A stretch of 64,000 nucleotides of DNA from Lama guanicoe (lineage: Eukaryota), in contig MU053574.1 of assembly GCA_013239625.1 (NCBI GenBank), positions 309,844 through 373,843 on the forward strand, written 5' to 3'. Shown in pieces: positions 49,931 to 63,505 of this stretch. The stretch's first letter is position 1. The number at the start of each line of letters is the position of its first letter. The notes under the pieces are model-generated. The model was not told the DNA's origin. It saw nothing but the letters and a program-made list of their open reading frames with translations, and did no database searches. Position numbers and translations under genes: made by a program.

Positions 49931-50834
49931 TCCACCCCTTAGGCTGCCCTACTGCATCTGCTCTGGGGCTGTTTCAGAAGCACGCCCTTCACCACTGAGC
50001 TAAACCCTCCCCCTCAGCCACTTTTCGATTAGTGTCTGCATAGTATAGTGTCCCATCCTTTGAAACTATCTGTATCCTTATGTTTTATCACTCTTAAGCT
50101 ACATTAAAAAAAATCAGTCTGACAATCTTTGCTTTAATTGGATGGTTTATTTGCATGTAATTTAATTACTGCCCTATTTCAGTGTAAACCCCTTCTCTTA
50201 CTGTTTGCTTTCCCTTTTCCCAGCCTATTCTGTATTCGTTTCTTCCTCCTTTCTTGCCTTTTGGGTTATTTAAAAAATGTTCTAGTTTCCTCCCTCAATT
50301 ACTTTAATTATAGACCCTCTTGCTCTTCTTCAAGAGTTTACTCTAGAGAAAACATTACTTGCCAAAGTCTAATATGGATTCATTCTGTCTGTTCCTGTTC
50401 AGGTCCAGGACTTAAAAGAACCAAGTGCCTGACTCCTCGCAGGCCTGTCTTATTTCAGAAGCTAGGGCGTTCTGGGGGTTCGTGCAGCCAGCTGTGCCTG
50501 CCTGCCTCCCCTTCTCAGTGCTCTTCCTTCAGCTTAGTTCCACCCGGCACCACCCTTGGAATTTCCTTCAGTGCTGGTCTGTGGTGATGTGTTATTTTCC
50601 ACTTTTGTCTGGAAGTGCCTAACTTTCACTCTGAAAGGACTTCTTTTCCAAGCTCAGAATTCTAGGCTAGAAGTTATTCTTTCAGCCCCTCTAAAGGCAC
50701 CTTCCCACTGCCTTCTCACCTTCATCATTTCCATCAAGAAGTTGTCTTTAGTAAGTCTTATTACTGATTTTTTAAGGTAATTTGTCTTTTTACTTTGACT
50801 GTTTAAAATTTTTGATTTTCAGCAGTATTACTAT

Positions 50835-52790
50835 TTTAATTTTTATTGAAGTATAATTTATTTATAATGTGTTCATTTCTGGTGTACAGCATAGTGATTC
50901 ATTTATACATAAGGTATACATATAAAGGTATATATACATAAAGGAATATATATATATATATTCCTTTTTGTATTTTTTCATTATAGACCATTACAAGGTA
51001 TTGAGTATACCTTTTCTATGTCTGTGAGTCTGTCTCTGTTTTGTAAATAAGTTTGTGTCCTTTTTAAAAAAGTATTCCACATATAAGTGATACCATAAGG
51101 TGTTTCTCTCTCTCTTCCTGGCTTACTTCATTTAGCATGACAATCTCCAGGTCTATCCATGTTGCTGCAAATGGCATGATTTTATTTTTTATGGCTGAAT
51201 AGTATTCCATTGTATATACAGCTTCTTTATCCTGTCATATGTCAATGGACATTTAGGGCGCTTCCATGTCTTGGCTGTGGTATATAGTGCTGCTATGAGC
51301 ATTGGGATATATATATGTTTTTGAATTAGAGTTTCCTCCAGATACATGCCCAGGAGTGAGGTTGCTGGATCATATGGTAAGTCTACTTTTAATTTTTTAA
51401 GGAATCTCCATACTGTTTTCCACAGTGGCTGCACCAAACTACATTCCCACCAGCAGTGTAGGAGGGCTCCCTTTTCTCCACACCCTCTCCAGCATTAATC
51501 ATTTGTGGACTATTTAATGATGGCCATCTGACTGGTGTGAGGTGATACCTCACTGCAGTTTTGATTTGCATTCTTCTGATAATTACGATACTAAGCACTT
51601 CTGTGTGTGCCTATTGGACATTCGTATGTCTTCACTGGAGATATGTTTTAGGTCTTCTGCCCATTTTTTAGATTGGGATTTTGTTGTTATTGAACTCTTT
51701 GGATGTTCTGGAAATTAAGCCCTGTCAGTCTCATCATTTGCAAACATTTTATCCCATTCTGTCGGTTGTCTTTTTGTTTTGCGTATGGTTCCCTTTGCTG
51801 TGCAAAAGCTTGTAAGTTTAATTGGGTCACATTTCTTTATTTTTACTTTTATTTCTATTGCCAGGGTAGACTGTCCTAGGAGAACATGGCTAAGATTTAT
51901 GTCAGAAAATGTTTTGCCTGTTTTCTTCTAGGAGGTTTATAGTGTCTTGTCTTGTATTTAAGTCTGTAAGCCATCTTGAGACCGTGTATGGTGTGGGGCG
52001 TTCTGACTTCACTGACTTAAATGCAGCTGTCCAGCATTCCTAACCCCACTTGCTGAACAGACTGTCTTTTCTCCATTGTATATTCTTGCCTCCTTTGTTG
52101 AAGACTGACTTTAAGCCCGTGGGTTTGGGGTTTATTTCTGGGCTCTCTGTTGTGTTCCACTGATCCGTATGTCTGTTTTTGGGCCAATACCATGCTGTTT
52201 TGATTACTGTAGCTGTGTAGTATTGTCTGAAGTCTGAGTTATTTCTCCAGCTTCATTCTTCTTCAGTATTGCCGTGGCAATTCTGGGTCTTTTGTGATTC
52301 CATATACATTTTAGGATTATTCGTTCTGCTTCTGTGAAAAATGTCCTGGGTAATTTGATAGGGATCACAGTAAATCTGTAGATCGCTTTGGGCAGTATGG
52401 CCATTTTAACAGTATTAATTCTTCCAATCCAAGAACATGGGGTATCTTTCCGTTTCTTTAAGTCATCTTTAACTTCCTTAACATTTTGTAGTTCTCCACA
52501 TGTATGCCTTTCACCTCCTTGGTCAGATTTATTCCTTTTACTTTTTTGGATGCAATTTTAAAAGGGACTGTTTCTTTGCTTTCTTCTTCTGATATTTCAT
52601 TGTTAAAGAAGCACAGCCCACTTCTGCATGTTAGCTTGCCTCCTCCTTCCTTGCTGCGTTTGTTCATCGGCTCTAGTAGTCTTCACGCGGAGGCTAGGGT
52701 TTTCCATACATAGCGCCATGTCATCTGTATACAGTGACAACTTTACCTCTTCTCTTCCAACTTTGGTCCCTTTTATTTCCTTATTTTTTC
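50835..52790 (-). mobile_element. ~2 kb 5'-truncated L1 with disrupted ORF2
   Basis: Minus ORF fragments [35 protein letters not shown] and [17 protein letters not shown] are L1 ORF2p; 3' UTR lies near 50840-51000. Confidence 0.93.
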
Positions 52791-53229
52791 CTACTATTTT
52801 ATGGTGAACCGTTATTAATTTTGCATCCTGTTTGTTGTTTGTTTAGCTTTTCTGACTGTTCCTGGCAGGAGGATTTGCCCGAATTACAGGTTCATTGCTG
52901 CTGAAGTGTGTAAGTTGCACTCAGCACTTCATTTACATCCTCAGCAGATACTACCGACCTCACACTGTTAAGGATGTGCACTCTAACAGCCGACTGAAGC
53001 TGTCACTTCCCCCCACAGCCCTCACACTTTTTCTGGAATAAACCACTGAGGGCACACTTTACTGCTGCTGAGGCCTTTGCTAGTGGCCGTCTCCCTCTCA
53101 CACACAGTTCTCTCCCTTCTCCTCTGCCTGCGCCTGGGTTGATACCCACCTTTGCTGGTGCTGGTCAGGATGAAAAGGCTTCTAAGTTTTGCTACAAACC
53201 ATGTGAACTTGATAAAATATGCACATGAT

Positions 53230-56200
53230 ATACAAATAATTCAGTTATTTATTTATTTTGAATAAAAAAGTGGCCAAGATAACAATACTAGTGGCTCTGC
53301 ATACAAAACACAACATACTTGAGGTTACTCCACATTTACAAAACTGCCATTATGTACAGCACCGGATATTCACAGCAGCTTGAATAGACTCTCTAAGTAC
53401 TAGAATCATAAGAGCAATTGAGGGGGATCCAAAATGGGAAAAAGCTAAAAACCAATGATCTTTCATTAACTGGAAAACTGGCCAACCAGCCAACTGGTAA
53501 AGAAAGAGGATCTGCTACCTTTTTCTCTAGTAATAATTGAAATAGGGTCGCCCCACAGAGTGGCATCTGACAAACACCCTCCAAAACTTCCATTTCGTTT
53601 TCTCAATAGTCTTTCCCACTTCAACCTTTCCCCAGAAAACTCTGCCCTCGTATCAGATAAAAAGCTCAGGACACTGGCTTTTCTTCAGGGAAAGGTCAAC
53701 GGGTGCTAAGGATACAGCATGGTCTGCTTCAAGCCCAGGAAAGAATTCCGCCCTCTCTGGTCATCAGTTCTTTGCAGTTTTGAACGCCCTGGGAAGCGTG
53801 AACCATGCTTCCTCTTCGAGGTGGCGGGAAGTTACTCATTCTCTGTATCGCGAGCACCTACTCTGTGCAAGGCACTTACATTAGGTGCTGCAGGAACTAC
53901 CAAGACGAGACCGACAGTTCCTGCCCTCGAGGAGCTTACAATCTAATAATGAACGCTACGTACATATGCACAATGCGGAGAAGCTGCTGATTCTTCCAGA
54001 TGGGGGCGTTCCAAGCAAAACGTGCTATTATTCTTAAAAGTTTTTTTTTTCATTTAAACACAGAAAGTCAAACACACACACCACCTTATCAGATGGTAAG
54101 AATTAAAAAACCATCTCCTCCCTGTAACCTTAAGTTTTTAGATGCCTGTTCTTTTTATTTCAGAAAATGTCATATGTAAACAGACACATAATTTGAAGCC
54201 AAGCACAGAGATTAGCACAGGCATTGGGTAAACATAAAATATATCACCATACACAACACAGACTCATTTTTCTATATAGTCTTATTTCTGTGTACACGAG
54301 GTTGATTTTCACTTTCCTTTCATACACTGAAGTACAAATCTGAGTCAAAGTCTTTAAAAAGACATAATTCACTTTTTTGCATTTAATTCTGCATTAGTAC
54401 CAAAACCAAACAAAACACCCTAAACCTCACCAATTTGTTAGCCACACGTCAGACTGATGGAAGTCTGAAATGCTCCCAAGCCATTACCACTACCTCCAAC
54501 ACCATCCAATGTAACCATGTCACAGGAGTTTTTCTTCATGAAACATGATTTCATGATTGTGAAGTAAGCAAAATTTTACCTTAGAAGTAACTGTAACATT
54601 CAGAGTTCTGAAATTCAGTTCTCCCTGACTCATTTGCAGTATTTCAACCAGACAGCCTTTATCACGTCAGTTTGCAAGTATCAGCCCCCTCTTTCAGCCC
54701 CTCCCAACAGCCTCTAGCAAACCATGTAATACTGTGCTAAACACACTCACCTCAGATTGTAGACCTCACTCTCCCCTACAGAACAGTTGTAACTTCAAGA
54801 AAAGGCAAGGTAAGAAAAGCTAAATCACCTTATCAGATAAAGAGGCTGGGGGAGAAACATTCATATACCCAAATTTAATTTCTTTACAGGACATCTTTAT
54901 AAACAGTCACTCCCCTGCTAAATGTATTTCCAAAGCAAGTTTTCAGAAACAGCCGTCTGAAACCATACATGCAGACGGGAGGCTGCATCCTATTTGCCAG
55001 ACTCAGACTAGCCAGTGAGTCCTCGCATTCACAGCCTCTGCAACACCCTGCTGTTCATCAGGACAGTGACGCTACAGCAAGAGTGGTCTTCAGAAACAAC
55101 TCTGCAAATCTGACTTAATATAAGGGCAGTCAAACCACACGTGCTCCAAGATCAGTTTGAACACCAGATATGTTAGCAAATGTGACGATCTTAACTCCAA
55201 AAACCTCTTTTAGCGTCAAGAAAGAGTAGTTCAAAGCTTAGTAACTGTGAGACTTGAGACCTGGCCTGAAACTCTGCTTGAGCTGCCAACTGATATTTCC
55301 ACTAATAGCTTAAGTAAAAACACTCACTTCAGTTAGACTCTTTAGAGGCATTTTTATAACCCGACAACCCTGAGGGGAGGAGCCAGACCCTTGAGAGGCT
55401 GTGAGGTCAGCAGTGCTGAACTCCATGCCATGGGGAGCGGGGCAGCGCGCGAGGCCACGGCCACCCTCGGCCGCAGGCACCTGCAGACGGGCAGCCTGTG
55501 CCGGGCTACCGATCAGGCTACGTGCTGTTTGTGCCGCCCAATCCCAGAAAGAAAAAGGGCGCAACCTATCTTTACCTTAAAAAATCCAGGCCTGCCGACT
55601 TCGAATATACCAGAGTTTTTGCTCGTCAGGAATAACCAGCTCGGGGCGCGGGGTAGGTGGTAGCGAGGGGCTGAAATCTAGCAAACTCCACCCAAAGTTC
55701 AGCCTGGAGCTGTTGAGCTCTCTAACAAGGAAATCAGAATTCAGAATTTTGAAGAAAACCAGATAGTTGACCAAGTTGTTAACAACCGACAATATTTCCT
55801 CTAGGAAGAAAAAGCTACTGTTTAACAGTTTCCTCTAGGAAGGGAGGCCCACTATGCTATTTAGACTTTAGAAATTTGGTCACAAACCTAGTTTTCTTTC
55901 AAACATTAAATCTGCTAGCTTGGAAGGCGTCCCAGCAGAGCTGAGAGAACTGCAGGGATGGAGATGGAGAGGCGTCTCCTGGAAGGAGAAGCAAGGGAGC
56001 GAGGTCAGGAACAGAGGATGGAGAGACCCCGTGGGAATCGGACAGTGACGGTAACTCCCGGTTTCATTTCAGGAGCTGTGGCAACTCCCCGAACCCTGAT
56101 GCAGCACACACGCTGCCAGGGCCGCAGATGCCCCGTAAAACCAGCTGTGTTCCGCCTGACAACACCAACTGGCCTCGATTTCTTTTGCATCTTACCTGGC

Positions 56201-59101
56201 ACCATTACAATGACAACAGATATATTTCAATATTTAATTATCACCCTTTAACATTCTTTTAACCTAATTAACCAGTGATGCTCTCTACTCACAGGACTAA
56301 CCCACACGCTCCAATGTGAACGTTCTCAGAACTCCTTAGAGGGAGAGGCAGAAAACTGTCACGCTCAGCCGCGAGCTCTGCCGGGGGTTCTAGTAACTTC
56401 TGACACTGAAAAATAATGGGTAGTTGTGGCAGATACAACAGTAGGCAGAGGCTGCCTGAAGTCTGGGCAGTGGACACATGAGGATTTCATCATGAATATC
56501 AAGTGTAACAAGCTATCAACTTCTGATCTAGAATAGTAGGAACAAATTAACCCTGGACAGAGAAGATGTGATGCAGGTGTGGATATCAGAGTCCCAAAAT
56601 GCAACAGTGTCGTAGCTTCAAAGGTCTAGTGGTACAGGACCTGCGCTCTTGCGCCTTAATGCAGAGTGGTGACATCACTTCTGCCACCTCTCCTGTTCCC
56701 GTGGAGACAGTGACAGTGGAAATAAACCTGAAAGCCCTTAAACAGGTCAGGCAGGTGTTAGGAAGGTGCAGAGGGTACATACAGGAAGTGTGAACCAGGC
56801 AACTGGTCTGAAGCTTCTGGTGTCACTCCACCCTTCAAGGTTTCACAGGTCAGCATGCTGTCACCAGGTATGCTGACCCTTAGTGACAGTCAGAACGGCA
56901 CTCTGTTTGTGATGCTACCATTAACTGAAAATCTCCTGTGCTCACAGGTCCATGGGTTAACCGCCAGAGTGGGGGGTACGAGGGAAGGGAGTGAGGGCTC
57001 CCAACTCCATGTGGGGAAATCTGGGCTGAGGCAGGTGTTGGCTGGATTTCAGAGTCTGAAGAACGCCAGGGGGCCCAGCCCCATGCAGACAGAAGCCATG
57101 TTCTAGTAGAACAGTTGCCATGTTTATTCCTACACAGACATACAAAAGAATTTGGGAGATCCTTTTTAGTTAACTCCTGAGAGTCAAATTTTCTCCCAAA
57201 ATGCATAACTGCTTTAAATAAAAACTTAATGTAAGTTTTAAGTGGCAGCAGCAAAAAATCCCCTCATAAGAACAAATCAACTACTACCTCTGATTAGGAA
57301 TAAAGAAACAAGTGAACCTAAGCATGCCGTGACTATGAAAACTGCAGTAAGTCCTTGACGTGATCGCAGTCTTCACTGTCATGTTTATGATAAAGTGAAA
57401 CAGGTCTTGGCACAAACGACCACAGCTGCACCGCTCTCTGAGTTGTGTTATTCATGATCTTAATGCTGCCTGGTTCTCCTCCTTGACGATCAATTTAACA
57501 CGCTAGACCTGGATAAACATGATCCTTGAAATTACCACAAAAATGAAAAAGATAAGCAGAAGACTCAGCAAGTACAGAATTAAACACAGGGGACAAAAAC
57601 AAAAAACTGAGAAACAAAAGACATTTCAAACCAGACTGGAAGTGCCTCTTAAGGGCTCCTGTCTCCAGCCCACGGGGCAGAGCGGGGAAGAGCACTACAC
57701 GCGTGCTGCGTCCTGCAAATGACAGCGTTTCTCAAGTGAGGACAGAGGACCTTTCACTAAGGATACAAAAATAAAAGCAGTAATAAGTGTTAGAATAAAG
57801 GCAAAATAGTGTGTAGTATGAGCTAGAATTTCACATTTTGTATTTCCCATCCAACTTTCCAGAAATATGCACCCTTTAAGATGCGTGCATTGCAGCCCTG
57901 GTAATTAGCACCAATCCCTAGGATACTTATTTTAAAAATCCAACAACACTGTAGCTCCAGAATGTCTATTTTTAATCCCAGGTTTTAAGACCAATTAATG
58001 CCTAGTATCTCCTCTTAACAGCCCACAGGAAAATACCTGTATTATAAATATCAAGGACCTTTGCAGAGAGAAGGAATCTCCAGGCTCTGGTCAACAGAGC
58101 TGCACACACCTGCCGCACCAGAGCTCAAGCGTCCGCACGTCTGAGTGGTCCGTCTCTTTCTGGAAGTCTCTAGATAGATCCTGTGCACACTATATGGGAT
58201 ATAAATGAAATGTCTGGAAATGTCAACATTAGAAATACTAAGTGTTTTAATTTAATACTAAAAGGAGAAAATATTCTTTTTCCTCTATGTACAAATCTCT
58301 CCCAGTCATCACAGTTAAGTCTGAAGCAGGGATGAGATGCAGGTGGACTGGAATACTTGACATCCTCATGCACATTAAGGAGCCGGAGGCAGGAGATCTG
58401 ATGACATGGCAGAGATCGTTAAAAATGAGTCGCAATTGTTAACCTGTAAGAGTCACCTGATCTTTTGACACATTAAAACCAACTCTAGTCTTGGCTTCAA
58501 CCTCTTAAAAATATGTAGTTTTAAGAAAATGTTTTCAATATCCATGAAAAACAGGAATTGGCAGGATGCAGATCTGTGCCTATTTGTTGAGAACAAAATA
58601 TCCGGCCCACGTGCTGTTTTAGACACTTTTTGTATCTGCTGGAACACTGAATGCCACGTACCAGGTCACGGAAACTCTCTGGAGCCACAGGGCAGTTCCA
58701 GACCAAGGATGGGATGAAAGCCTAACTCAGCCCAGGCAGGCCCTTACCCACACTCCCTAGAAGAGGTTGTCCTCTCTGAGAAATGAAAGGGCATGCGTTT
58801 TGTTCAAGCCACTTCAAGACACTTGAAAAATAAGTGTTCCTCACTGAGTAAGGAGTGGGGAGTTAATGTTCATCTCAAAATGACTTAAAATCTCCACACT
58901 CCGTCATTCTAAAGATATCCTTTAGTCCCTGGAGATGGAGACTGCACTTCAGCAGGCAGTTCCCAGGGCCCCATTTACAGTCATGAAGAGCACCTCTCCT
59001 GCCGCGAAGGCCGGGCTTCCTCCCACGCACCCGGTCCCTCCCGGCTGGAGGGCATCTTCTATACAGAGCATGTGCCCTTCCTGTCTTCCCGTCACTGACA
59101 T
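53230..59101 (-). other. GTF3C4: Long (~5.9 kb) GTF3C4 3' UTR
   Basis: Repeat-poor unique sequence from the stop codon to overlapping minus-strand AATAAA signals at 53248-53257; repeat-dense DNA begins just beyond. The end position is inferred. Confidence 0.65.
53248..53257 (-). terminator. GTF3C4: Distal GTF3C4 polyadenylation signal (two overlapping AATAAA)
   Basis: Plus-strand TTTATTTATT reads AATAAATAAA on minus. Confidence 0.65.
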
Positions 59102-59166
59102 TCAGAAGACAGGAGAATCACAGAAGGGGCAGGGGCTTTGCAGCAATCTCTTAATCCAGTCAGGAT
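59102..59166 (-). CDS. GTF3C4: GTF3C4 last coding exon (coding part)
   Basis: Acceptor tcttacttttgcag|AT. Encodes (D)PDWIKRLLQSPCPFCDSPVF*, the GTF3C4 C-terminus; stop at 59102-59104. Confidence 0.95.
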
Positions 59167-60490
59167 CTGCAAAAGTAAGACAATTAGTATTAAGTGTTAA
59201 CTTCAGAAAAGGCAGTCCAAATGGGATGAGCCCTGGATGGACCAGTGCCAAGAGGTGGGCATCTGGTCCCAGCTCTGTGTCCCTGGACAAAGCACCTCAC
59301 TGCAACACTGTAAATGAGACTTTAAAGAAAGGACTATACTTTGTTCTGGGAGTGTATCTATCATACATGGTTAATGTTAAAATGCTCATAAAATTACAGT
59401 AACACTTTTAAAACGTGGTACTTTGAAGAAGGAAAAACCTGGCAACACTGTGTCAACACCTCTTCCTGCTCTGAAAAGTCCCCTCCGGCTGCGGACGCTC
59501 TGCTCACTGCTTAGCGCTCTGCAGCTCTCCCAGACCCTCGTTCTCCCCAGAAACTCTATGTAGCTCAGCTCAAAGTCAGTCAGCGTGTCTTTTTCTTAAA
59601 TTTGTTTTAATCTTCTCCTGATTTCCTGTCTAAATAGTATACCAACTCTCAATTGCAAGGAGTGCTTAGAAGTTCCCTAAAATTTGTTTCAAAATAATCC
59701 AGTAAGAGAAGGGAAGGCTGGAGGACTATAGATGAAACATGAGAGGTCATCAGTTGGAAATTTCCGAAGTTAAACGATGGGTACTTAAGAGTTTCCTATA
59801 CTCTTTTCTCTACTTTTATGATTGTATTTTCCATAATAAAGAGTTAGCACACAAGCTGCTGATATACCTCCTTCTCAGAATTAGAGCGCTTCGGCCAGTT
59901 TAGAGCAAAAATCAATAAAGGTGTAGTTTACATGGAATGTTTGGTTTTACTTGAGACCAAGTATTACCCCCAAATGTACATAACTGTCACACTGTGTCTC
60001 TTCGCTGATCTGGTGAGTGTAACGTTAATGAACCTCAGGTCATAAACGGACATTCATGGAACTATTTAAACCACTAATCCCCTGCTCGTGTCTACAGTCT
60101 TATTCCCAGCTAGTCACTTCAGAAATGTGGGCTTTGACACTGGGGCTATCAGGGAGAGAACACTGACCAACAGAAAAACACCACCCCCATGTCTCCTGGA
60201 AGAAAGACTGCAGGTGCGACCCCATCGCTGTGTCGGCAGTGCCGCCTTTGGATACGCTACCATCTGCAGAGTTTTCATTCAAATACGACCTATATATGTC
60301 ATCTAAAACAAGCTGACTTTTTTTGAATGGATAATTTGCTTGCAGTGACAAAACAATAAACTGCAGCCCAACTTACATACCAAAATGCCGTGTGTACGCT
60401 AACACGACATATTCCAATGGTCATTTTTTACTTAGTTGTGGCTTCATAATACAGTATAGAGCGGGATGGATCTGCCCACCATCCCCGATG

Positions 60491-60524
60491 GCACAGGGCT
60501 AAGCAGCACAGGGCTAAGCAGCAC
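60491..60524. repeat. 15-bp tandem duplication GCACAGGGCTAAGCA x2
   Basis: Exact copies at 60491-60505 and 60506-60520 in the last GTF3C4 intron. Confidence 0.9.
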
Positions 60525-60572
60525 GGAGCCCGCGGACGCAAGCTCATCTGCCCGAGGTGGGAAAGCACTCAC

Positions 60573-60661
60573 CTTCCGGCGCTGGGTGGCGGGCGATGCT
60601 GTCATGCAGCAAACACCTTCTGTATATCAAACTCTGGCAGGACTGGTAGGTTAAAAAGCAC
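60573..60661 (-). CDS. GTF3C4: GTF3C4 penultimate coding exon (89 nt)
   Basis: Acceptor ctttcag|G and donor GAAG|gtgagt. Encodes CFLTYQSCQSLIYRRCLLHDSIARHPAPE. Phases match both neighbours (CG+G=R; G+AT=D). Confidence 0.95.
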
Positions 60662-61509
60662 CTGAAAGTGGACGGAGTGCATCGTCAGTCCCACCAGCGG
60701 GGCAGCAGCACAGCGCCGGGGGACTCACCACAGGCGGCTGTCCTAAGCCCGCAAGTTAACGAAGTAGAGGGCAAAACCAGCTCGCAAGTTCACGGCCACG
60801 ATGTCTCCCTCTGCACACCAAGACGGCCAGACCCGCACCAGCCCACACTTAGTAAAAGTGTCTGTCTTGGGCTTCTGAACCAAGAGGCACAAAACTTCTC
60901 ATCCAGTCACTGCAGCTCCTTTTCTGCCACCATGTTTGCAGCACTGGGAAAGAATTTAGTCTGTCTATATCTCGTTGTGCTTTGAATTTTTGATATGTTA
61001 AAAAAACCTGATTTTGTATTATACCGGAAATTATTCTTGTTAGTGACTTTTGAGATTAGGCACTATCTTTAAGAATCTACAGTGGGGAACACCTGACAGA
61101 TATAGAAGACAAAATTAATGGTGCAAAAAAAGAAGAGCCATGAACCAAAGTGCACGGGTTCCCTTCCACCCAGTGACCATGCAGAGCAGCTTCCAGGAGC
61201 AGACAAGTGAGGGAAGGTGGAGCAGTGAGAAGGCCGACAGCGCACCTGGCTTCTGCGGGAAGGTTTTTTGAAAGGTAAGTGTTTAAGCTGAGCAACTAAG
61301 GAGTGAAAAATACGAAGAGGAAGGGCGGTTGGGGGAAGAAATTCCAGGTAGGTTTACCTTGAGTACAGACCTGGGTGCACAGGAAGGACGGTAATACCTG
61401 AGTGAGAGCAAGTACCCACCCTCACCTGGGGATTCTGGCACTAACTTCAATCAGCAACAATGAAAAATGTGAAAAAAGCCGTCTGAGAGGCAACAATGTG
61501 TAGCAGTTA

Positions 61510-61740
61510 CACATACAAAATCTGGAGCCAGAATGACGGGTTCTCAGCTCTGCCACGTCCCCGTGTGACTTTGGACAAATTACTGGACTTTCCCAGGCCC
61601 CAGTTTCCTCATTTGTAAAGATGGAAACAATCACAGTGCCCCACGTGTGGCTGTTGTGAGGACACAGTAACTCAGGATGTGTGTGTTGCTCAGAATAGTG
61701 CCTGGCACACTGGCAGTGCCAAACAGTGCTGATTGTTAGA
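61510..61740 (+). mobile_element. MIR SINE
   Basis: gctctgccac...tgtgactttggacaaattact...cagtttcctcatttgtaaa...gtgcctggcacac. Confidence 0.75.
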
Positions 61741-62011
61741 AGCTTGTTTCCTGTCCTCCCCTTTAAAAAAAAGTCTGAACAAATTAGAAAAAGTATAAGA
61801 ACCAATAAAGATTGGAAAAAATCCAAATATCCATCAATAAGGGAGTAAATAATGGAACATCCGTACAACGGAAAACTCTAAAGCTGCTAAGAATGGATCT
61901 ATGCACTGATGTGGGAAACGGCCACAACACTTTGATAAAAGAATTGGCAAGTTGTCAAGATAGTTATTTGTAGCCCAATCCTGTTTCTGTTAAAAATAAA
62001 TTTAAAAAATT

Positions 62012-62700
62012 TAGTGAGTGCCTACTATGTGCCAGGCAATGTTCCAGAAAGAGCCATGAACAAAACCACAAAACTCCCTGCCTTCGTGAAGCTTTCTATT
62101 CCAGAGGGAGGAGAAAAACAGAACGTACAAAAATCAACGGTGGTAACTGCTGAGGAGGAAAATAAAGCAAGGGAGAGGGAAGAGGACTACGGGGGGAGGG
62201 GGAAGGGGGCTGTCGTCAGGTGGTGCCATTTTAAGTCGCATGGCCAGGAAGGCCTAACTGATAAAGGGACACTTGAGAAAGCCATGTGGACACCTGCTGG
62301 ACGAGCAGTCCGGGCAGAGAGAACTGCCAGTGCAGAGGCCCGGGGTGGAAGGGGTGCCTCGTGTACCTGAGGGGCAATGAGGCCAGTGCACCCCGAGTGA
62401 AGTTAGCAAGATGCAGAAATGCATATGTGGTCAGAGAAGGGACGGGGGCCAGGCTGTGTGGTCTGAAAGGATTTTAGCTTCTGCTCATCAGAAATGGGCA
62501 GCCACTGGAGTTCTGAGCAGAGGGGTGACGTGAGCTGACAATCTCGGCCCTGCTTAGAACAGGCTGGAGGGGGAAGGAAAGACACAGGAAGGTTGGCTGG
62601 GAGACAACTGTAATGATCTGGGCAAGAGACGACGGTGCCCTGGGCCAGGGGTGGAGGGAGTGAGAAACGTCTGGATCCAAGTCTGAAATGCCTATTAAAC
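62012..62700 (-). mobile_element. L2 LINE remnant in GTF3C4 intron
   Basis: tgagtgcctactatgtgccaggc...gaaggcctaactgataaagggacacttgag...gggcagccactggagttctgagcagagg. Confidence 0.75.
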
Positions 62701-63374
62701 TTCTAAACAGAGAAACTGAGCAGGTACTTAAATATGAAGTCTGGACTGAGGGGGAGAGATTCGGGTTAAAGTGGCAGGTTTAAGTTCCCAGTGTACAGAG
62801 GATATGCGACAGCCAGGGGAGAGTGCTGCCAGAAGAGAAACAGGTCCAGACACGGACATCTAGGAGACAGGGGCCAGGACGCCAGGTGATAAGAGAGCTT
62901 TGAGGGGGAGGAGCCCGTGCCAAACGCAGCCCACAGGCCATATAATGAGGCAGCCTCAAGGTTCCCACTTAAAGTGAGACCCAGGGGGGAGAAGGAGGAA
63001 AGACCTCCACCTTTTGTTACAAAGTTAAGCCAAACAAAGTACATAAGCACCTTCCATTCTATTAACTTTAACAGGTATTGCTTTGGTAATAATGATTTTT
63101 AAAAATTTAATGCTACTTTAGAGCAAAACAGTATTATCAAAATAAAGAAAGAAATCCCTACATATGTTAAGCAGTAAAAAAAAAAAAAAAACCCTCTCTT
63201 TAAAGGGTATCCTACTTTAGTCAAACTGACCACAAGAAAAAACAACAAGCTCACACCAGGTTTTATAGCAGCAGCTTCTCTCCAACCTAATGGCATGGGC
63301 AACATCGATTTCAGATGAACACTTCACGGTGGTCTGTGCTGCATGAAAGTGACGAAGGAGCAAAAGCAGCTTAC

Positions 63375-63505
63375 CGGAGCCAAATGTGGCCATTGGAGCA
63401 GACTGCCTGCTTGCGATCTGTGAACGGCAAGATCTCTTTACACAAACTACAGTGCTCGGGGAACGTCTGCTTGTTCATCTTCTTTGAGATGTGTCCGATC
63501 AGCAC
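63375..63505 (-). CDS. GTF3C4: General transcription factor IIIC subunit 4 (TFIIIC90), third-to-last coding exon (131 nt)
   Basis: Minus strand acceptor gttactag|GTG and donor CTCCG|gtaag. Encodes VLIGHISKKMNKQTFPEHCSLCKEILPFTDRKQAVCSNGHIWL(R), the start of the Cys/His-rich C-terminal domain. Not captured by the ORF track. Confidence 0.95.

Noticed and set aside
57281..57291. let-7 seed match CTACCTC in the GTF3C4 UTR region
   Set aside because: It is on the plus strand, antisense to the GTF3C4 mRNA.
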